64,000 bases of DNA from an uncultured Gammaproteobacteria bacterium (GTDB taxonomy: Bacteria; Pseudomonadota; Gammaproteobacteria; CAWJPQ01): the NCBI GenBank assembly GCA_963844825.1, contig CAWJPQ010000006.1, forward strand, positions 136,512-200,511. The letters are read 5' to 3'. This document shows positions 50,321-60,410 of the stretch, piece after piece. The translations under genes were made by a program, and so were the position numbers. How positions within the stretch are numbered: the first letter of the stretch is position 1; each line of letters starts with the position of its first letter. The notes beneath the pieces were generated by a model. The model ran no database searches. It saw only the letters and a list, made by a program, of their open reading frames with translations, and was not told the origin of the DNA.

Positions 50321-50402
50321 AGTAATATCCTGCTATGGTGAGCCAGAACGTAGCCCATGTCGAGACCCGCTCAAGGCACAATGCGTCGGGCAAGCAGGCG
50401 AG

Positions 50403-50957
50403 CTATTCCACCCGCGGAAGTCTTCCCGGCTCCAAATCCCGCAGCCTCGGCGCCGCCGCGTCCTTGTCGGACAGGATTGGATCGCTCACCGGCCAGTCGA
50501 TGGCGATGTCCGGGTCATCCCAGGCAACGCCCGCCTCGGCGGCGGCGTTGTAGTGGTCGGTGCACTTGTAGGCGAGCAAGGCCGTGTCGCTGGTGACGCA
50601 AAAGCCGTGGGCGAAACCCACGGGGACATAGAGCTGGCGCTTGTTGTCCCCGGACAGACAGGTGCTGAACCACCGGCCGAAGGTGGGCGAGCCCTGCCGG
50701 ATGTCCACCGCCACGTCGAACACCTCCCCTTGCAGCACCTGCACCAGCTTGCCCTGGTCATGGGGGTGCTGAAAGTGCAGGCCGCGCAGGGTGCCGCGGC
50801 TGGAAAACGACAGGTTGTCCTGGACGAAAAGCCGGGGCAGCCCCGCCTCGGCGTAGCGCTGCGCCTGATAGGTCTCCATGAAAAACCCGCGCTGGTCGCT
50901 GAAGACCCGCGGTTCCAGGATCAGCACCCCCGGCAGGGGCGTTTGCTCAATCTTCAT
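50403..50957 (-). CDS. rfbC: dTDP-4-dehydrorhamnose 3,5-epimerase
   Basis: 184 aa. DQRGFFMETY...RGLHFQ...KLVQVLQGEVFDVAVDIR, a canonical RmlC. Confidence 0.95.
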   Translation of the reverse strand: MKIEQTPLPGVLILEPRVFSDQRGFFMETYQAQRYAEAGLPRLFVQDNLSFSSRGTLRGLHFQHPHDQGKLVQVLQGEVFDVAVDIRQGSPTFGRWFSTCLSGDNKRQLYVPVGFAHGFCVTSDTALLAYKCTDHYNAAAEAGVAWDDPDIAIDWPVSDPILSDKDAAAPRLRDLEPGRLPRVE

Positions 50958-50966
50958 CGCCGCCCC

Positions 50967-51839
50967 CTATTCGTCGCGATCCAGCATGTGGAGCAGGTAT
51001 TTCCCGTAGCCGTTCTGGACCAAAGGCTCGGCCAGGCGGCGCACCTGCTCGGCGCCGATATAGCCCATGCGCCAGGCGATCTCCTCCGGGCATGCGATCT
51101 TCAGGCCCTGGCGGGACTCGATGGTCTCGATGAACTGACTGGCCTGCAGCAGCGACTCGTGGGTACCGGTGTCGAGCCACGCCGTCCCCCGGCCGAGCAC
51201 CTGCACCTGCAGCTCGCCGCGCGCCAGGTACGCCCGGTTGACATCGGTAATCTCCAGCTCCCCGCGCGCCGAGGGCTCCAGGTCGGCGGCCATGGTCAGC
51301 GCGTCGTTGTCATAAAAATAAAGACCTGTCACCGCCACGTTGGAACGGGGCGCTCTGGGCTTTTCCTCGATACCCACGGCCCGCCCCGCCCCATCGAAGG
51401 TCACCACCCCGTAACGCTCGGGGTCGCGGACATAGTAGCCGAAGATGGTGGCGCCGCGCTCGCGGGCCGCCGCCGCCTGCAGGCCCTCCGCCAGCCCGTG
51501 GCCGTAGAACAGGTTGTCGCCCAGCACCAGGCACACCCGGTCCGCCCCGACGAACGGCGCGCCGATGATCAGGGCCTGGGCCAGCCCCTCGGGACGGGGC
51601 TGCTCGGCATAGGTGAGCGAGATCCCCCATTGCGAACCGTCACCGAGCAGGCGCTCGAACTGGGGCAGGTCATGGGGGGTGGAGATCAGCAGGATGTCGC
51701 GGATCCCCGCCAGCATCAGGGTGCTCAGGGGGTAGTACACCATGGGCTTGTCGTACACCGGCAGCAGCTGCTTGCTCACCGCGCGGGTGAGGGGGTACAG
51801 GCGCGTGCCGCTGCCGCCGGCGAGGATGATGCCCTTCAC
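50967..51839 (-). CDS. rfbA: Glucose-1-phosphate thymidylyltransferase (GTG start overlapping the rfbB stop as GTGA)
   Basis: (V)[17 protein letters not shown]... is a canonical RmlA. The upstream extension of the ORF to 51899 overlaps rfbB and is rejected. Confidence 0.93.
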   Translation of the reverse strand: MKGIILAGGSGTRLYPLTRAVSKQLLPVYDKPMVYYPLSTLMLAGIRDILLISTPHDLPQFERLLGDGSQWGISLTYAEQPRPEGLAQALIIGAPFVGADRVCLVLGDNLFYGHGLAEGLQAAAARERGATIFGYYVRDPERYGVVTFDGAGRAVGIEEKPRAPRSNVAVTGLYFYDNDALTMAADLEPSARGELEITDVNRAYLARGELQVQVLGRGTAWLDTGTHESLLQASQFIETIESRQGLKIACPEEIAWRMGYIGAEQVRRLAEPLVQNGYGKYLLHMLDRDE

Positions 51840-52897
51840 GAGCCCCGCCCCAGTCCCAGGCGCTGGCCCTGATAGCCCCCGCCCAGCAGCTTCTCCCACC
51901 AGGCGCGGTTATCCAGGTACCAGGCAACGGTCTTGCGCATGCCCGACTCGAAGGTCTCCTCGGGGCGCCAGCCCAGCTCGCCCTCGATCTTGGCGGGGTC
52001 GATGGCGTAGCGCTGATCGTGCCCGGGCCGGTCCGCCACGAACTCGATGAGCCGCTCGTGAGGCGCATGGGGCGAATCGGGCCGCAGCTCGTCCAGCAGG
52101 GCGCAGACGGTCCGCACCACCTCCAGGTTGGTGCGCTCGCTGCGGCTGCCGACGTTGTACGTCTGGCCGGGACGGCCCTTGTCCAGCACCAGGCGCAGCG
52201 CCCGGGCGTGGTCGTCCACGTACAGCCAGTCCCGCACGTTGTCCCCCTTGCCGTAGACCGGCAGGGACTCGCCGCTCAGGGCCTTGATGATCATCAGGGG
52301 AATGAGCTTCTCAGGGAAGTGATAAGGGCCGTAGTTATTGGAGCAGTTGGTCATCACCACCGGCAGCCCGTAGGTATGGTGCCAGGCGCGGGCCAGATGA
52401 TCCGCCGAGGCCTTGCTCGCCGAGTACGGCGAGTTGGGCCGGTAGGGGGTCTCTTCGGTGAACAGGCCGCCGGCATCCAGGGACCCGAACACCTCGTCGG
52501 TGGAGATGTGATGAAAGCGAAAGGCCGCCCGGCCGTCCTGCCCCAGCCCGCTCCAGTATTTGCGCGCCGCCTCCAGGAGGGTGTAGGTCCCCACGATATT
52601 GGTCTCGATGAACGCCGCCGGCCCGTCGATGGAGCGGTCCACGTGGGACTCGGCCGCCAGGTGCATCACCGCATCGGGGCGGTAACCCTCGAACAGGTCC
52701 CGCACGGCCGGCCCGTCGCAGATATCCACCTGCTCGAAGTGATAACGGGCGTCCGAGGCCACCTCCGCCAGGGACTCCAGGTTGCCGGCGTAGGTGAGCT
52801 TGTCCACATTGACTACCGTGTGTCCGGTGTCACGGACCAGTTGGCGGACAACCGCGGAGCCGATGAACCCCGCGCCGCCGGTGACCATGATGCGCAT
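51836..52897 (-). CDS. rfbB: dTDP-glucose 4,6-dehydratase
   Basis: 353 aa. [14 protein letters not shown]...[11 protein letters not shown], a canonical RmlB. Confidence 0.96.
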   Translation of the reverse strand: MRIMVTGGAGFIGSAVVRQLVRDTGHTVVNVDKLTYAGNLESLAEVASDARYHFEQVDICDGPAVRDLFEGYRPDAVMHLAAESHVDRSIDGPAAFIETNIVGTYTLLEAARKYWSGLGQDGRAAFRFHHISTDEVFGSLDAGGLFTEETPYRPNSPYSASKASADHLARAWHHTYGLPVVMTNCSNNYGPYHFPEKLIPLMIIKALSGESLPVYGKGDNVRDWLYVDDHARALRLVLDKGRPGQTYNVGSRSERTNLEVVRTVCALLDELRPDSPHAPHERLIEFVADRPGHDQRYAIDPAKIEGELGWRPEETFESGMRKTVAWYLDNRAWWEKLLGGGYQGQRLGLGRGS

Positions 52898-52974
52898 CTA
52901 TGTTTTCCCCGTGCTGCGGCGTGTCATGGTTGTGACTGAATGCATGTTTCGAGCCAAATTTCTTGCTCCCCCCT

Positions 52975-53620
52975 TTCCTCCGGGGATGAGGGTTTAGGGT
53001 AGGGGGGAACGATAAAAGTCCGCCAGCCGGCTCCTTGACCCCCTCATCCTAACCTTCTCCCCCAAGGGGGAGAAGGAATGTGCCGGCCGACGGCGGCAGG
53101 ATGCCTCTTGTCTTCCCCCCTCTCCCCTGCGGGGAGAGGGTTGGGGTGAGGGGCGCAACCATCCGCCGCAGCAGTCCATTGATATCCCCTCATCCTAGCC
53201 TTCTCCCCTTGAAAGGGGAGAAGGGACTGTCACCCCCTCTCCCCTCGCGGGGAGAGGGTTGGGGTGAGGGGAACAATTATGCGCCGGCAGACCTGCCCCC
53301 TGACCCCCTCATCCTTGCTTCTACCCCTAAAGGGGTAGAAGGGACAAGGAATTTTCCTTTTCACCCCCCTCTCCCTCAGGGAGAGGGTTGGGGTGAGGGG
53401 AACAACCATCCGCCGGCAGCCTGCTCCCTGACCCCCTCATCCTTGCTTCTACCCTAAAGGGTAGAAGGGACAAGGAATTTTCCTTTTCACCCCCCTCTCC
53501 CTCAGGGAGAGGGTTGGGGTGAGGGGGAACAATTATGCGCCGGCAGCCTGCTCCCTGACCCCCTCATCCTTGCTTCTCACCCCGAGGGGGAGAAGGGACA
53601 AGGAATTTTCCTTTTATAGG
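52975..53620. repeat. Higher-order tandem REP array (about 4.5 composite units of 117-148 bp)
   Basis: Unit starts ('ccccctcatcc') lie at 53039, 53187, 53304, 53432 and 53559. Each unit holds hairpin cccctcatcct.gcttct.ccc/ggg.agaaggga, spacer caaggaattttccttttca, hairpin ccctctccctcagggagagggttggggtgagggg, then spacer aacaa..at.cgccggcag.ctg. Confidence 0.92.
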
Positions 53621-53625
53621 GTGCC

Positions 53626-54507
53626 CTACCGCTGCACCGTCTCCGACAAAAACGCCTTGAAGTCCTCCTTCAGCTCCGGGTGCTTGAGGGCGTAGTTCAC
53701 CGTGGCTTCCAGGTAGCCCAGCTTGTTGCCGCAGTCGTAGCGCCGGCCCAGGAACTCATAGGCGAAGACCGGATCGTCCTTGAGCAGCTGCTCGATGGCG
53801 TCGGTCAGCTGGATCTCGTTGCCGGCGCCGAAACCGGTCTTCTCCAGCAGGCCGAAGATGCGCGGGGACAGGATGTACCGCCCCACCACGCCCAGGGTGG
53901 AGGGCGCCTCCTCGGGCTTGGGCTTTTCCACGATCCCCTCGACCCGGCTGAGCCGGTCCCCCATGGGCTTGGCCGTCACGATGCCGTACTTGTCCGTATG
54001 CTTGGGATCCACCTGCTCCACGCCCAGGATGCTGCCCTGGTGTTTGTTGAAGACATCGACCATCTGGGCCAGGCAGCCCTTGTTGTTGTCGGTGTCGATC
54101 AGGTCATCGGCCAGCAGCACCGCAAACGGCTCGTTGCCCACCACCGCCCTGGCGCACAGCACGGCGTGACCCAGCCCCAGGGGCTTGGACTGGCGGATGT
54201 AGCAGGCGGTGACGGAATCCGGGATGAGCTTGCGGATCTGATCCAGGGCCTCGGTCTTGCCCCGGCCCTCGAGCTCCGCCTCCAGCTCATAGGAGATATC
54301 GAAGTGATCGGCGATGGCGCGCTTGCCGCGCCCGGTAATGAAGATCAGCTCGTCGCAGCCCGCCTCGATGGCCTCCTCCGCCGCGTACTGGATGAGCGGC
54401 TTGTCCACGATGGGCATCATCTCCTTGGCGGTGGCCTTGGTGGCGGGGAGGAACCGGGTCCCCATGCCGCCCACGGGAAAGACTGCTTTGCGTATTCTGG
54501 TTGTCAT
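53626..54507 (-). CDS. galU: UTP--glucose-1-phosphate uridylyltransferase
   Basis: 293 aa. [35 protein letters not shown], a canonical GalU. Confidence 0.95.
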   Translation of the reverse strand: MTTRIRKAVFPVGGMGTRFLPATKATAKEMMPIVDKPLIQYAAEEAIEAGCDELIFITGRGKRAIADHFDISYELEAELEGRGKTEALDQIRKLIPDSVTACYIRQSKPLGLGHAVLCARAVVGNEPFAVLLADDLIDTDNNKGCLAQMVDVFNKHQGSILGVEQVDPKHTDKYGIVTAKPMGDRLSRVEGIVEKPKPEEAPSTLGVVGRYILSPRIFGLLEKTGFGAGNEIQLTDAIEQLLKDDPVFAYEFLGRRYDCGNKLGYLEATVNYALKHPELKEDFKAFLSETVQR

Positions 54508-56363
54508 GCGTTTACCTGCTTGAATCGAATTACGTTGTCCGGTACCGCTGTCGTCTCGTGCAGCTCGGGGACGATGGTCTTGATCAGTGTCGCAATTCGG
54601 CCCTCGTCATACAAGTGGCAGGCCTCCTCGAGTGAGTGCACCGACTGCTTCAATTGCTCCCACTCGATGTCGCGATGGCGCGCCAGCAGGATTTTGGCGT
54701 GTTCCGTGTTGCTCAGCCGCTCCTCCTCGTAGAAAAGCTCTTCATAAAGCTTCTCACCCGGCCGCAGCCCAGTATAAACGATCTCAATGTCCTCATGGGG
54801 CACCTTCCCCGACAGACGGATCATCTGCTCGGCGAGGTAGCCGATCTTGACCGGCTCGCCCATGTCGAGGACGAAGATCTCACCGCCCTCCCCCAGGACC
54901 GCGGACTGCATGATCAGCTGGCAGGCCTCGGGGATGGTCATGAAGTACCGGGTGACCTCCGGGTGGGTCACGGTCACCGGCCCGCCCCCGTCGATCTGCT
55001 TCTGGAAGAGGGGGATGACGCTGCCCGCCGAGCCCAGGACGTTACCGAAACGCACCGTAATATAGCGGGTCGCCGAGCGATCGTTGATGGTCTGGCAATA
55101 GAGCTCGGCGATGCGTTTGCTCGCCCCCATCACGTTGGTGGGATTCACCGCCTTGTCCGTGGAGATCAGCACGAAGGTGCCGCACCCGTGGCGATCGGCC
55201 CCTGCGGCGATGGTCTTGGTCCCCATGACGTTGTTGACGACCGCCTCGCGCGCCTGGCCCTCCAGGATGGGGACATGCTTGTACGCCGCGGCGTGGAAAA
55301 CGATCTCCGGGCGGTGACGGCCCAGCACGTGTTCGACGGTCGCCTCGTCGCAGACATTGCCCAGGCAGGGATGCAGCTTGAGCTGGGGGTAGAGGCGGCG
55401 CAGCTCCATTTCGATGTTGTACAGGTTGAACTCGCACTGCTCCAGCAGCACCAGGGCGGACGGGCCGAAACGGCCGATCTGCCGGCACAGCTCCCCGCCG
55501 ATGGACCCGCCCCCGCCGCTGACCAGGACCACCTTGCCGGCGACCCCCTGGCTGACGCCCTGCCAGTCCAGGGACACGGGCTCGCGGCCCAGCAGGTCTT
55601 CGATGGCCACCTCCCGCAGCTCCTTGATGCCGGAGCGCCCCGAGACCAGGTCTTGCATACGCGGCAGGGTCCTGAAGGGCAGCCCACAGCCCTCGCAGAC
55701 CTCCACCACCCGCTGCATCTGGGCGTTGGTCACCGACGGCATGGCGATGATCACCACATCCGGGGCGATGTCCTGGATCACCTGGGGCAGGTCCTGGATG
55801 GTCCCCAGCACCGGGATCCCGCGCACCTTGGCGCGGCGCAGCTTGCGGTTGTCGTCGAGAAATCCCACGGGCAGGTAGCCGTCATCGCGCAGCATGTCCC
55901 TGGCGAGCATCTCGCCGCTGGCGCCCGCCCCCAGGATCAAGGCCCGCTCGCGCCCGGACATATTGATCACGTTCAGGCCGTGCTCCCTCCACATCCGGTA
56001 ACTGAGGCGCGGGACCGACAACAGCAGGGTGAGGAACACCGGGTAGAGCACCAGCGCCGAGCGCGGCACCCCCTCGAGGCGATTGACCAGGAACAGCGCC
56101 AGTCCCGCCACCAGGGAGCCCCCGAACACCGCGCGGATGATGTTCCAGAAATCAGGGACGCTGGCAAAGCGCCATAGCCCCCGATACAGCCCCGTGATCC
56201 GCAGCACCGCCCCCTGGGCGACGACCACCACGGGCAGGCTGGCCAACAAGGCGGCGACGGCCGCATCCGGCATAGCGAAGTTGTAGCGAATGAGGTAGGC
56301 CAGGCACCAGGCGATGCCCACCATGAACAGATCATGAAGCGTGATGATGAACCGCCGGGTCAT
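54504..56363 (-). CDS. Membrane-bound nucleotide-sugar 4,6-dehydratase/epimerase (CapD/WbpM/PglF family)
   Basis: 619 aa. Four N-terminal TM segments, then two Rossmann regions ([11 protein letters not shown]; [14 protein letters not shown]) and a YGASKR catalytic motif. Confidence 0.9.
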   Translation of the reverse strand: MTRRFIITLHDLFMVGIAWCLAYLIRYNFAMPDAAVAALLASLPVVVVAQGAVLRITGLYRGLWRFASVPDFWNIIRAVFGGSLVAGLALFLVNRLEGVPRSALVLYPVFLTLLLSVPRLSYRMWREHGLNVINMSGRERALILGAGASGEMLARDMLRDDGYLPVGFLDDNRKLRRAKVRGIPVLGTIQDLPQVIQDIAPDVVIIAMPSVTNAQMQRVVEVCEGCGLPFRTLPRMQDLVSGRSGIKELREVAIEDLLGREPVSLDWQGVSQGVAGKVVLVSGGGGSIGGELCRQIGRFGPSALVLLEQCEFNLYNIEMELRRLYPQLKLHPCLGNVCDEATVEHVLGRHRPEIVFHAAAYKHVPILEGQAREAVVNNVMGTKTIAAGADRHGCGTFVLISTDKAVNPTNVMGASKRIAELYCQTINDRSATRYITVRFGNVLGSAGSVIPLFQKQIDGGGPVTVTHPEVTRYFMTIPEACQLIMQSAVLGEGGEIFVLDMGEPVKIGYLAEQMIRLSGKVPHEDIEIVYTGLRPGEKLYEELFYEEERLSNTEHAKILLARHRDIEWEQLKQSVHSLEEACHLYDEGRIATLIKTIVPELHETTAVPDNVIRFKQVNA

Positions 56364-56419
56364 GATGATGGATTCCCTGTCATGTAGATATGGCTCCTTT
56401 TCACCGAGGGTGCCGGGAT

Positions 56420-56716
56420 TCCCTCCCCATCAGGGATGGATACCCTTCAGGGTGGAGGCCGGGACGAGGGAAGCGGCAGATCTGCGCCACTAATCCGTTT
56501 TCATATCCCCTCATCCTAACCTTCTCCCCTTAAAAGGGGAGAAGGAACTGTGCCCCCTCTGCCCCATGGGGAAAAAGGCCGGAGGTAAGGTAAATGAGGG
56601 GACGCTGCGATAAATCCTGCCTCTGATCTCCTCACCCTGATCTTCTCCCTTGCAAAAGGGGAAGAAGGAACTGTACCCCCTCTCCCCCATGGGGGGAGAG
56701 GGCCGGGGTGAGGGGG
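56420..56716. repeat. REP/BIME-like repeat cluster
   Basis: cccctcatcctaaccttctccccttaaaaggggagaagg, ccccctctgccccatggggaaaaagg, ctcctcaccctgatcttctcccttgcaaaaggggaagaagg, ccccctctcccccatggggggagagggccggggtgaggggg. Confidence 0.85.
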
Positions 56717-56728
56717 ATCCCGGAACAT

Positions 56729-57781
56729 TCAACCCTTCACCCGCGAGTTAATCCGCCACCGCCGCTGCACCGCCCGCCACATCACCCAGGCGCCGATCAT
56801 CACCAGCACCAGCACCCAGGGCTGAAGCGCCGGGTAACGGGCCGCCAGCGCCGCCAGCGGCAGCAGTACCGCCACGTTGAGCAGCAGCACCGTCAGGGTG
56901 ACCCTGCGGTGAGGCATGCCCACCTGCACCGCCCGCTGATAGGCGTGACTGCGATGGGCAGTATACCATCGCTCGCCGTCGACGATCCGCTTGAACAGAG
57001 TATAGGTGGCATCTCCGACGAAAACCGCCAACAGGATCACCCATACGAATACCGGCAGGGCCCCGCTTCGCTCGCCCGCCACGGCCATGACACCGAAGGT
57101 ATAGCCCAACAGGCCGCTGCCCACGTCCCCCATGAAGATCCGCGCCGGCGGCCAGTTCCACACCAGGAATCCCAGGGCCGCCGCGGCCACGACCGCCGCC
57201 GCCAGGGCCAGGCCCCACTGTCCGGCCGACCCCAGCAGCAGCGCCGCCCCGCCGCCGACGGTCACCGCCTCGACACCGGCCAGACCGTCGATGCCGTCCA
57301 TGAAGTTATAGAGATTGGTGAGCCACACGATGCCGAGCAGGGCCAGGATTGTCCCCCACCCCCCGAGCGCCGCCTCCGCGCCGCCGAGGCGCATGGCGGG
57401 CATCCCGCCCAGCCAGTAAAGGGCCCAGCCGGCCGCGGCGGCATGGACCAGCGCCCGCCAGGCGGCGGGCACGGGACGGTGGTCGTCAAGCCAGCCGACG
57501 GCGGCCACGGCCGCGCCGCCGCCCACCAGGGCCGCCGCCACCGCCCCGCCGAGCACCCCCCAGCCGCCCAGGACCGCCACGGTCGCCAGGAAGATCACCA
57601 CCATCGCCAACCCCCCGCCGCGGGGGGTGGGCACGGTGTGGGAGCTGCGCTCGTTGGGCACATCCAGCAGGGCGCGGCGCAGGGCATAGGAGCGGACCAG
57701 CCCCGTCAGCACCAGCGACGCGACGAACACCGACAGCAACAGCACGCCGGTCCCCGCGGGGCCGAGGGGGGCCGGGGTCAT
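56729..57781 (-). CDS. Polyprenyl-phosphate N-acetylhexosamine-1-phosphate transferase (WecA/WbpL, MraY-like glycosyltransferase family 4)
   Basis: 350 aa with about 10 TM segments. Motifs NLYNFMDGIDGLAG and IFMGDVGSGLLGY. Confidence 0.88.
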   Translation of the reverse strand: MTPAPLGPAGTGVLLLSVFVASLVLTGLVRSYALRRALLDVPNERSSHTVPTPRGGGLAMVVIFLATVAVLGGWGVLGGAVAAALVGGGAAVAAVGWLDDHRPVPAAWRALVHAAAAGWALYWLGGMPAMRLGGAEAALGGWGTILALLGIVWLTNLYNFMDGIDGLAGVEAVTVGGGAALLLGSAGQWGLALAAAVVAAAALGFLVWNWPPARIFMGDVGSGLLGYTFGVMAVAGERSGALPVFVWVILLAVFVGDATYTLFKRIVDGERWYTAHRSHAYQRAVQVGMPHRRVTLTVLLLNVAVLLPLAALAARYPALQPWVLVLVMIGAWVMWRAVQRRWRINSRVKG

Positions 57782-57838
57782 GGGCCTGTTGAAACCGTCA
57801 CGTAGTCACCTTCACTGATCCCCCGGCCGGCATGGCTA

Positions 57839-58822
57839 TCACTCGTCCTCCAGTGAACGGTTATACGCCTGCGCCGTGGCGCGCAGGCCCTCGTCCAACG
57901 AATAGGGCGGATGCCAATCCAGCTCATGCTGTATCCTGGCACTGTCAACGCGCAGCGACCCCTGCAGGCGGCGCACCGCCGCCCGTTGGCCGGTGAGCGA
58001 CCCCATCATCCGCAGCAGGGCCGCCGGCACCGGGATCAGGCGCGCCGGATGGCCCAGGGCCTTTGCCAGGCGCCGCACCAGCTCGGGGGTGGACAGATCC
58101 TCCCCGTCGCTGACCAGGTAGGTGCGCCCGCACGCCGCCGGATGGGTCAGGCAGCGGATCAGGGCGCTGACCAGGTTGCCCACGTAGATCAGGCTGCGCG
58201 CGTTGCGAATCGCGCCGAGGGGCAGGGGCCGTCCCCGGTCGATGGCCCGCATCAATTCGAGGAAATTGCCCTTGACCCCGGGGCCGTACACCAGCGGCGA
58301 ACGCACGATAACCAGTTCCAGCTCCGAGTTGCCGGCGATCTCGCGCAAGACCTGCTCCGCCTCCCATTTGCTCTGACCGTAGGGCTCGCCGGGGGCCGGC
58401 GGGTCCGTCTCGAGGAACACATGGTTGGGGCCGGACGTGTGTTCGCCGTGGACCTTGACCGAGCTGACAAAGACCAGCCGCCGCACCCCGGCGGACGCGG
58501 CCGCCTGCGCCAGACCCATGGTGGCCGCGACATCGACCCGATGATCTCCGTCCGGGGGGACGCCGTCCGGGTCCGTCAGGTCCGGCCGCGCGGCGAGGTG
58601 CACCACCTCGTCCACCTCCGCCAGCGCCGTCACCCAGTCCGTGTCCGAGGCGAGGTCGCCCACCGACACCACCTCGCACCCCGCACTTTTCAGCTCGTCG
58701 CCGTCGGGCCCGCGGCGCACCGCCGCCCGCACGTCAAACCCCCGGGCCAGCAGCGCCCGGCAAAGATGGTTTCCCACAAACCCATTGGCGCCGGTAACGA
58801 GTACGGTATTGTTATGATTCAT
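57839..58822 (-). CDS. NAD-dependent sugar epimerase/dehydratase (SDR family)
   Basis: 327 aa. VLVTGANGFVGNHL Rossmann motif and a YGQSK catalytic motif. Confidence 0.85.
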   Translation of the reverse strand: MNHNNTVLVTGANGFVGNHLCRALLARGFDVRAAVRRGPDGDELKSAGCEVVSVGDLASDTDWVTALAEVDEVVHLAARPDLTDPDGVPPDGDHRVDVAATMGLAQAAASAGVRRLVFVSSVKVHGEHTSGPNHVFLETDPPAPGEPYGQSKWEAEQVLREIAGNSELELVIVRSPLVYGPGVKGNFLELMRAIDRGRPLPLGAIRNARSLIYVGNLVSALIRCLTHPAACGRTYLVSDGEDLSTPELVRRLAKALGHPARLIPVPAALLRMMGSLTGQRAAVRRLQGSLRVDSARIQHELDWHPPYSLDEGLRATAQAYNRSLEDE

Positions 58823-58896
58823 GCCTCAGCAACCCACGAATACGCCCCGCCCGGGCGGCCTGTTCCGGCCCCATGCCTGCAGGCCGTGGTGCGCCG

Positions 58897-60027
58897 CTAT
58901 GATAACAAATCCGCGTAAAGCCCGAGGGTGTCCGCGACCACCCTGTCCAGGGCGAATTCCTCCACCGCCAGGCGCCGCCCGGCCCGGCCCATCGCCCGCC
59001 GGCGCTCGGGGTCTTCAATCAATTGCTGCAGGGCATCGGCCAATGCCGCCTCGTCCCGCGCCGGCACGAGCAAGCCGTTCACACCGGACTGCACGATCTC
59101 GCGACAGCCCGGCACGTCCGTCGCCACGATCGCCCGCCCGCAGGCCGCCGCCTCGACCAGCACCTTGGGCAGCCCCTCCCGATATGACGGCAGACAAACC
59201 ACATGGGACTTTGCGAACACCCCGGGCATGTCATCACAGCGGCCCCACCATTCCATGAGGCCCGAGGCCTGCCACGCCTTCAGTTGCGCCGGCGGCACCG
59301 CGGCCGGGTTGTTGGGGTCGGTATCGCCCACCAGGACGAAGCGCGCCTCGATACCTCTGTCCCGAAGCCGCTTGACGGCGCCCACAAACTCGCCGATGCC
59401 CTTGTCCCATAGCATTCGCGAGGCGAACAATACCACCGGCGTGCCGCCCGGTTCCGGCTCGGGCGCGAATAGCGTCATATCCACCCCCGAGCCGCGGATC
59501 AGCACCGGCTGGCCGGGACGCACCAACCGTTGGTCGCGGAAGAAGGCAAGGTCGTCCGGGTTCTGAAAGATCACCCGGGAGCGAGGGTGGCGCAGCGCCA
59601 GACGATAGACCGCCTTCACCGCCGCGCGCAGCGCGGCCGCCTTCGCCGAACGGGCGACGAACAGGTACCCCAGCCCCGTAACGGCATGGACCACGGCGGG
59701 CACCCGCGCCAGGCGCGCCGCGAGCCCCCCGTACAGCACCGGCTTGATGGTCACGTGATGGACGATGTCGGGCCGCAGCGCGCGGTACAGCCGCAGCAGG
59801 GCCAGAAAGCTGCCCGCCTCCTGGAAAAGACGCGTGCCGCTGCGCACCAGGGGAATGGGATGAAAGGCGAAGCCTCTGTCCCTGATCCGCGCCGCGCCCG
59901 CGTCGTCGGGGGTCGCCACGTGGACCTCGTAGCCCGCCTCCCGCGCCGCCTCGGCCAGGGGTAATCGATGGGAAAGAAAAAACGGCCCGTCGTTGACGAC
60001 AAACAGGAGCTTGCGGTGCTGGGTCAC
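58897..60027 (-). CDS. Glycosyltransferase, GT-B fold (CAZy family 4-type, Glycos_transf_1 domain)
   Basis: 376 aa. N-terminal KLLFVVNDGPFFLSHRL and a C-terminal EGLPKVLVEAAACGRAIVATDVPGCRE motif. Confidence 0.85.
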   Translation of the reverse strand: MTQHRKLLFVVNDGPFFLSHRLPLAEAAREAGYEVHVATPDDAGAARIRDRGFAFHPIPLVRSGTRLFQEAGSFLALLRLYRALRPDIVHHVTIKPVLYGGLAARLARVPAVVHAVTGLGYLFVARSAKAAALRAAVKAVYRLALRHPRSRVIFQNPDDLAFFRDQRLVRPGQPVLIRGSGVDMTLFAPEPEPGGTPVVLFASRMLWDKGIGEFVGAVKRLRDRGIEARFVLVGDTDPNNPAAVPPAQLKAWQASGLMEWWGRCDDMPGVFAKSHVVCLPSYREGLPKVLVEAAACGRAIVATDVPGCREIVQSGVNGLLVPARDEAALADALQQLIEDPERRRAMGRAGRRLAVEEFALDRVVADTLGLYADLLS

Positions 60028-60129
60028 GGGTGATTGTTCGTCGCTTGTGGTCCGTTCATCATTATTTTTCAGGCACCGGGCAGACAGGCGATGGATCGAC
60101 GGCGAATAGAATAGATGAACCGTCTCTGC

Positions 60130-60375
60130 ACCCCCTCATCCTAACCTTCTACCCTGGAGGGCATAAGTCCCCCAAGGGAAAGAAGGAACAAAGAGCCACT
60201 GTCTTAACTCCCTCTCCCCTTCGGCGAGAGTAACCGTCTTAGCCCCCTCTCCCCTCTGGGGAGAGGGTTGGGGTGAGGGGTGGGAACCCGGCACGATGCC
60301 TGCGCGAGCTCCCTGACCCCCTCATCCTCACCTTCTACCCTGGAGGGCATAAGTCCCCCAAGGGGGAGAAGGGAG
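60130..60375. repeat. REP/BIME-like repeat cluster
   Basis: Two copies of ccccctcatcct.accttctaccctggagggcataagtcccccaaggg.agaagg flank ccccctctcccctctggggagagggttggggtgagggg. Confidence 0.85.
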
Positions 60376-60410
60376 AAGATGCCGTTCACGCCCTGGGGTG
60401 AAGAAAGCAA

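Noticed and set aside
49884-50393. 169-aa version of the DUF559 ORF, and the 310-aa version of rfbA (to 51899)
   Set aside because: The N-terminal extensions run through a REP unit (HPSPLPEGEG) or overlap rfbB. Conserved family N-termini begin at the internal Met (50219) and at GTG (51839).
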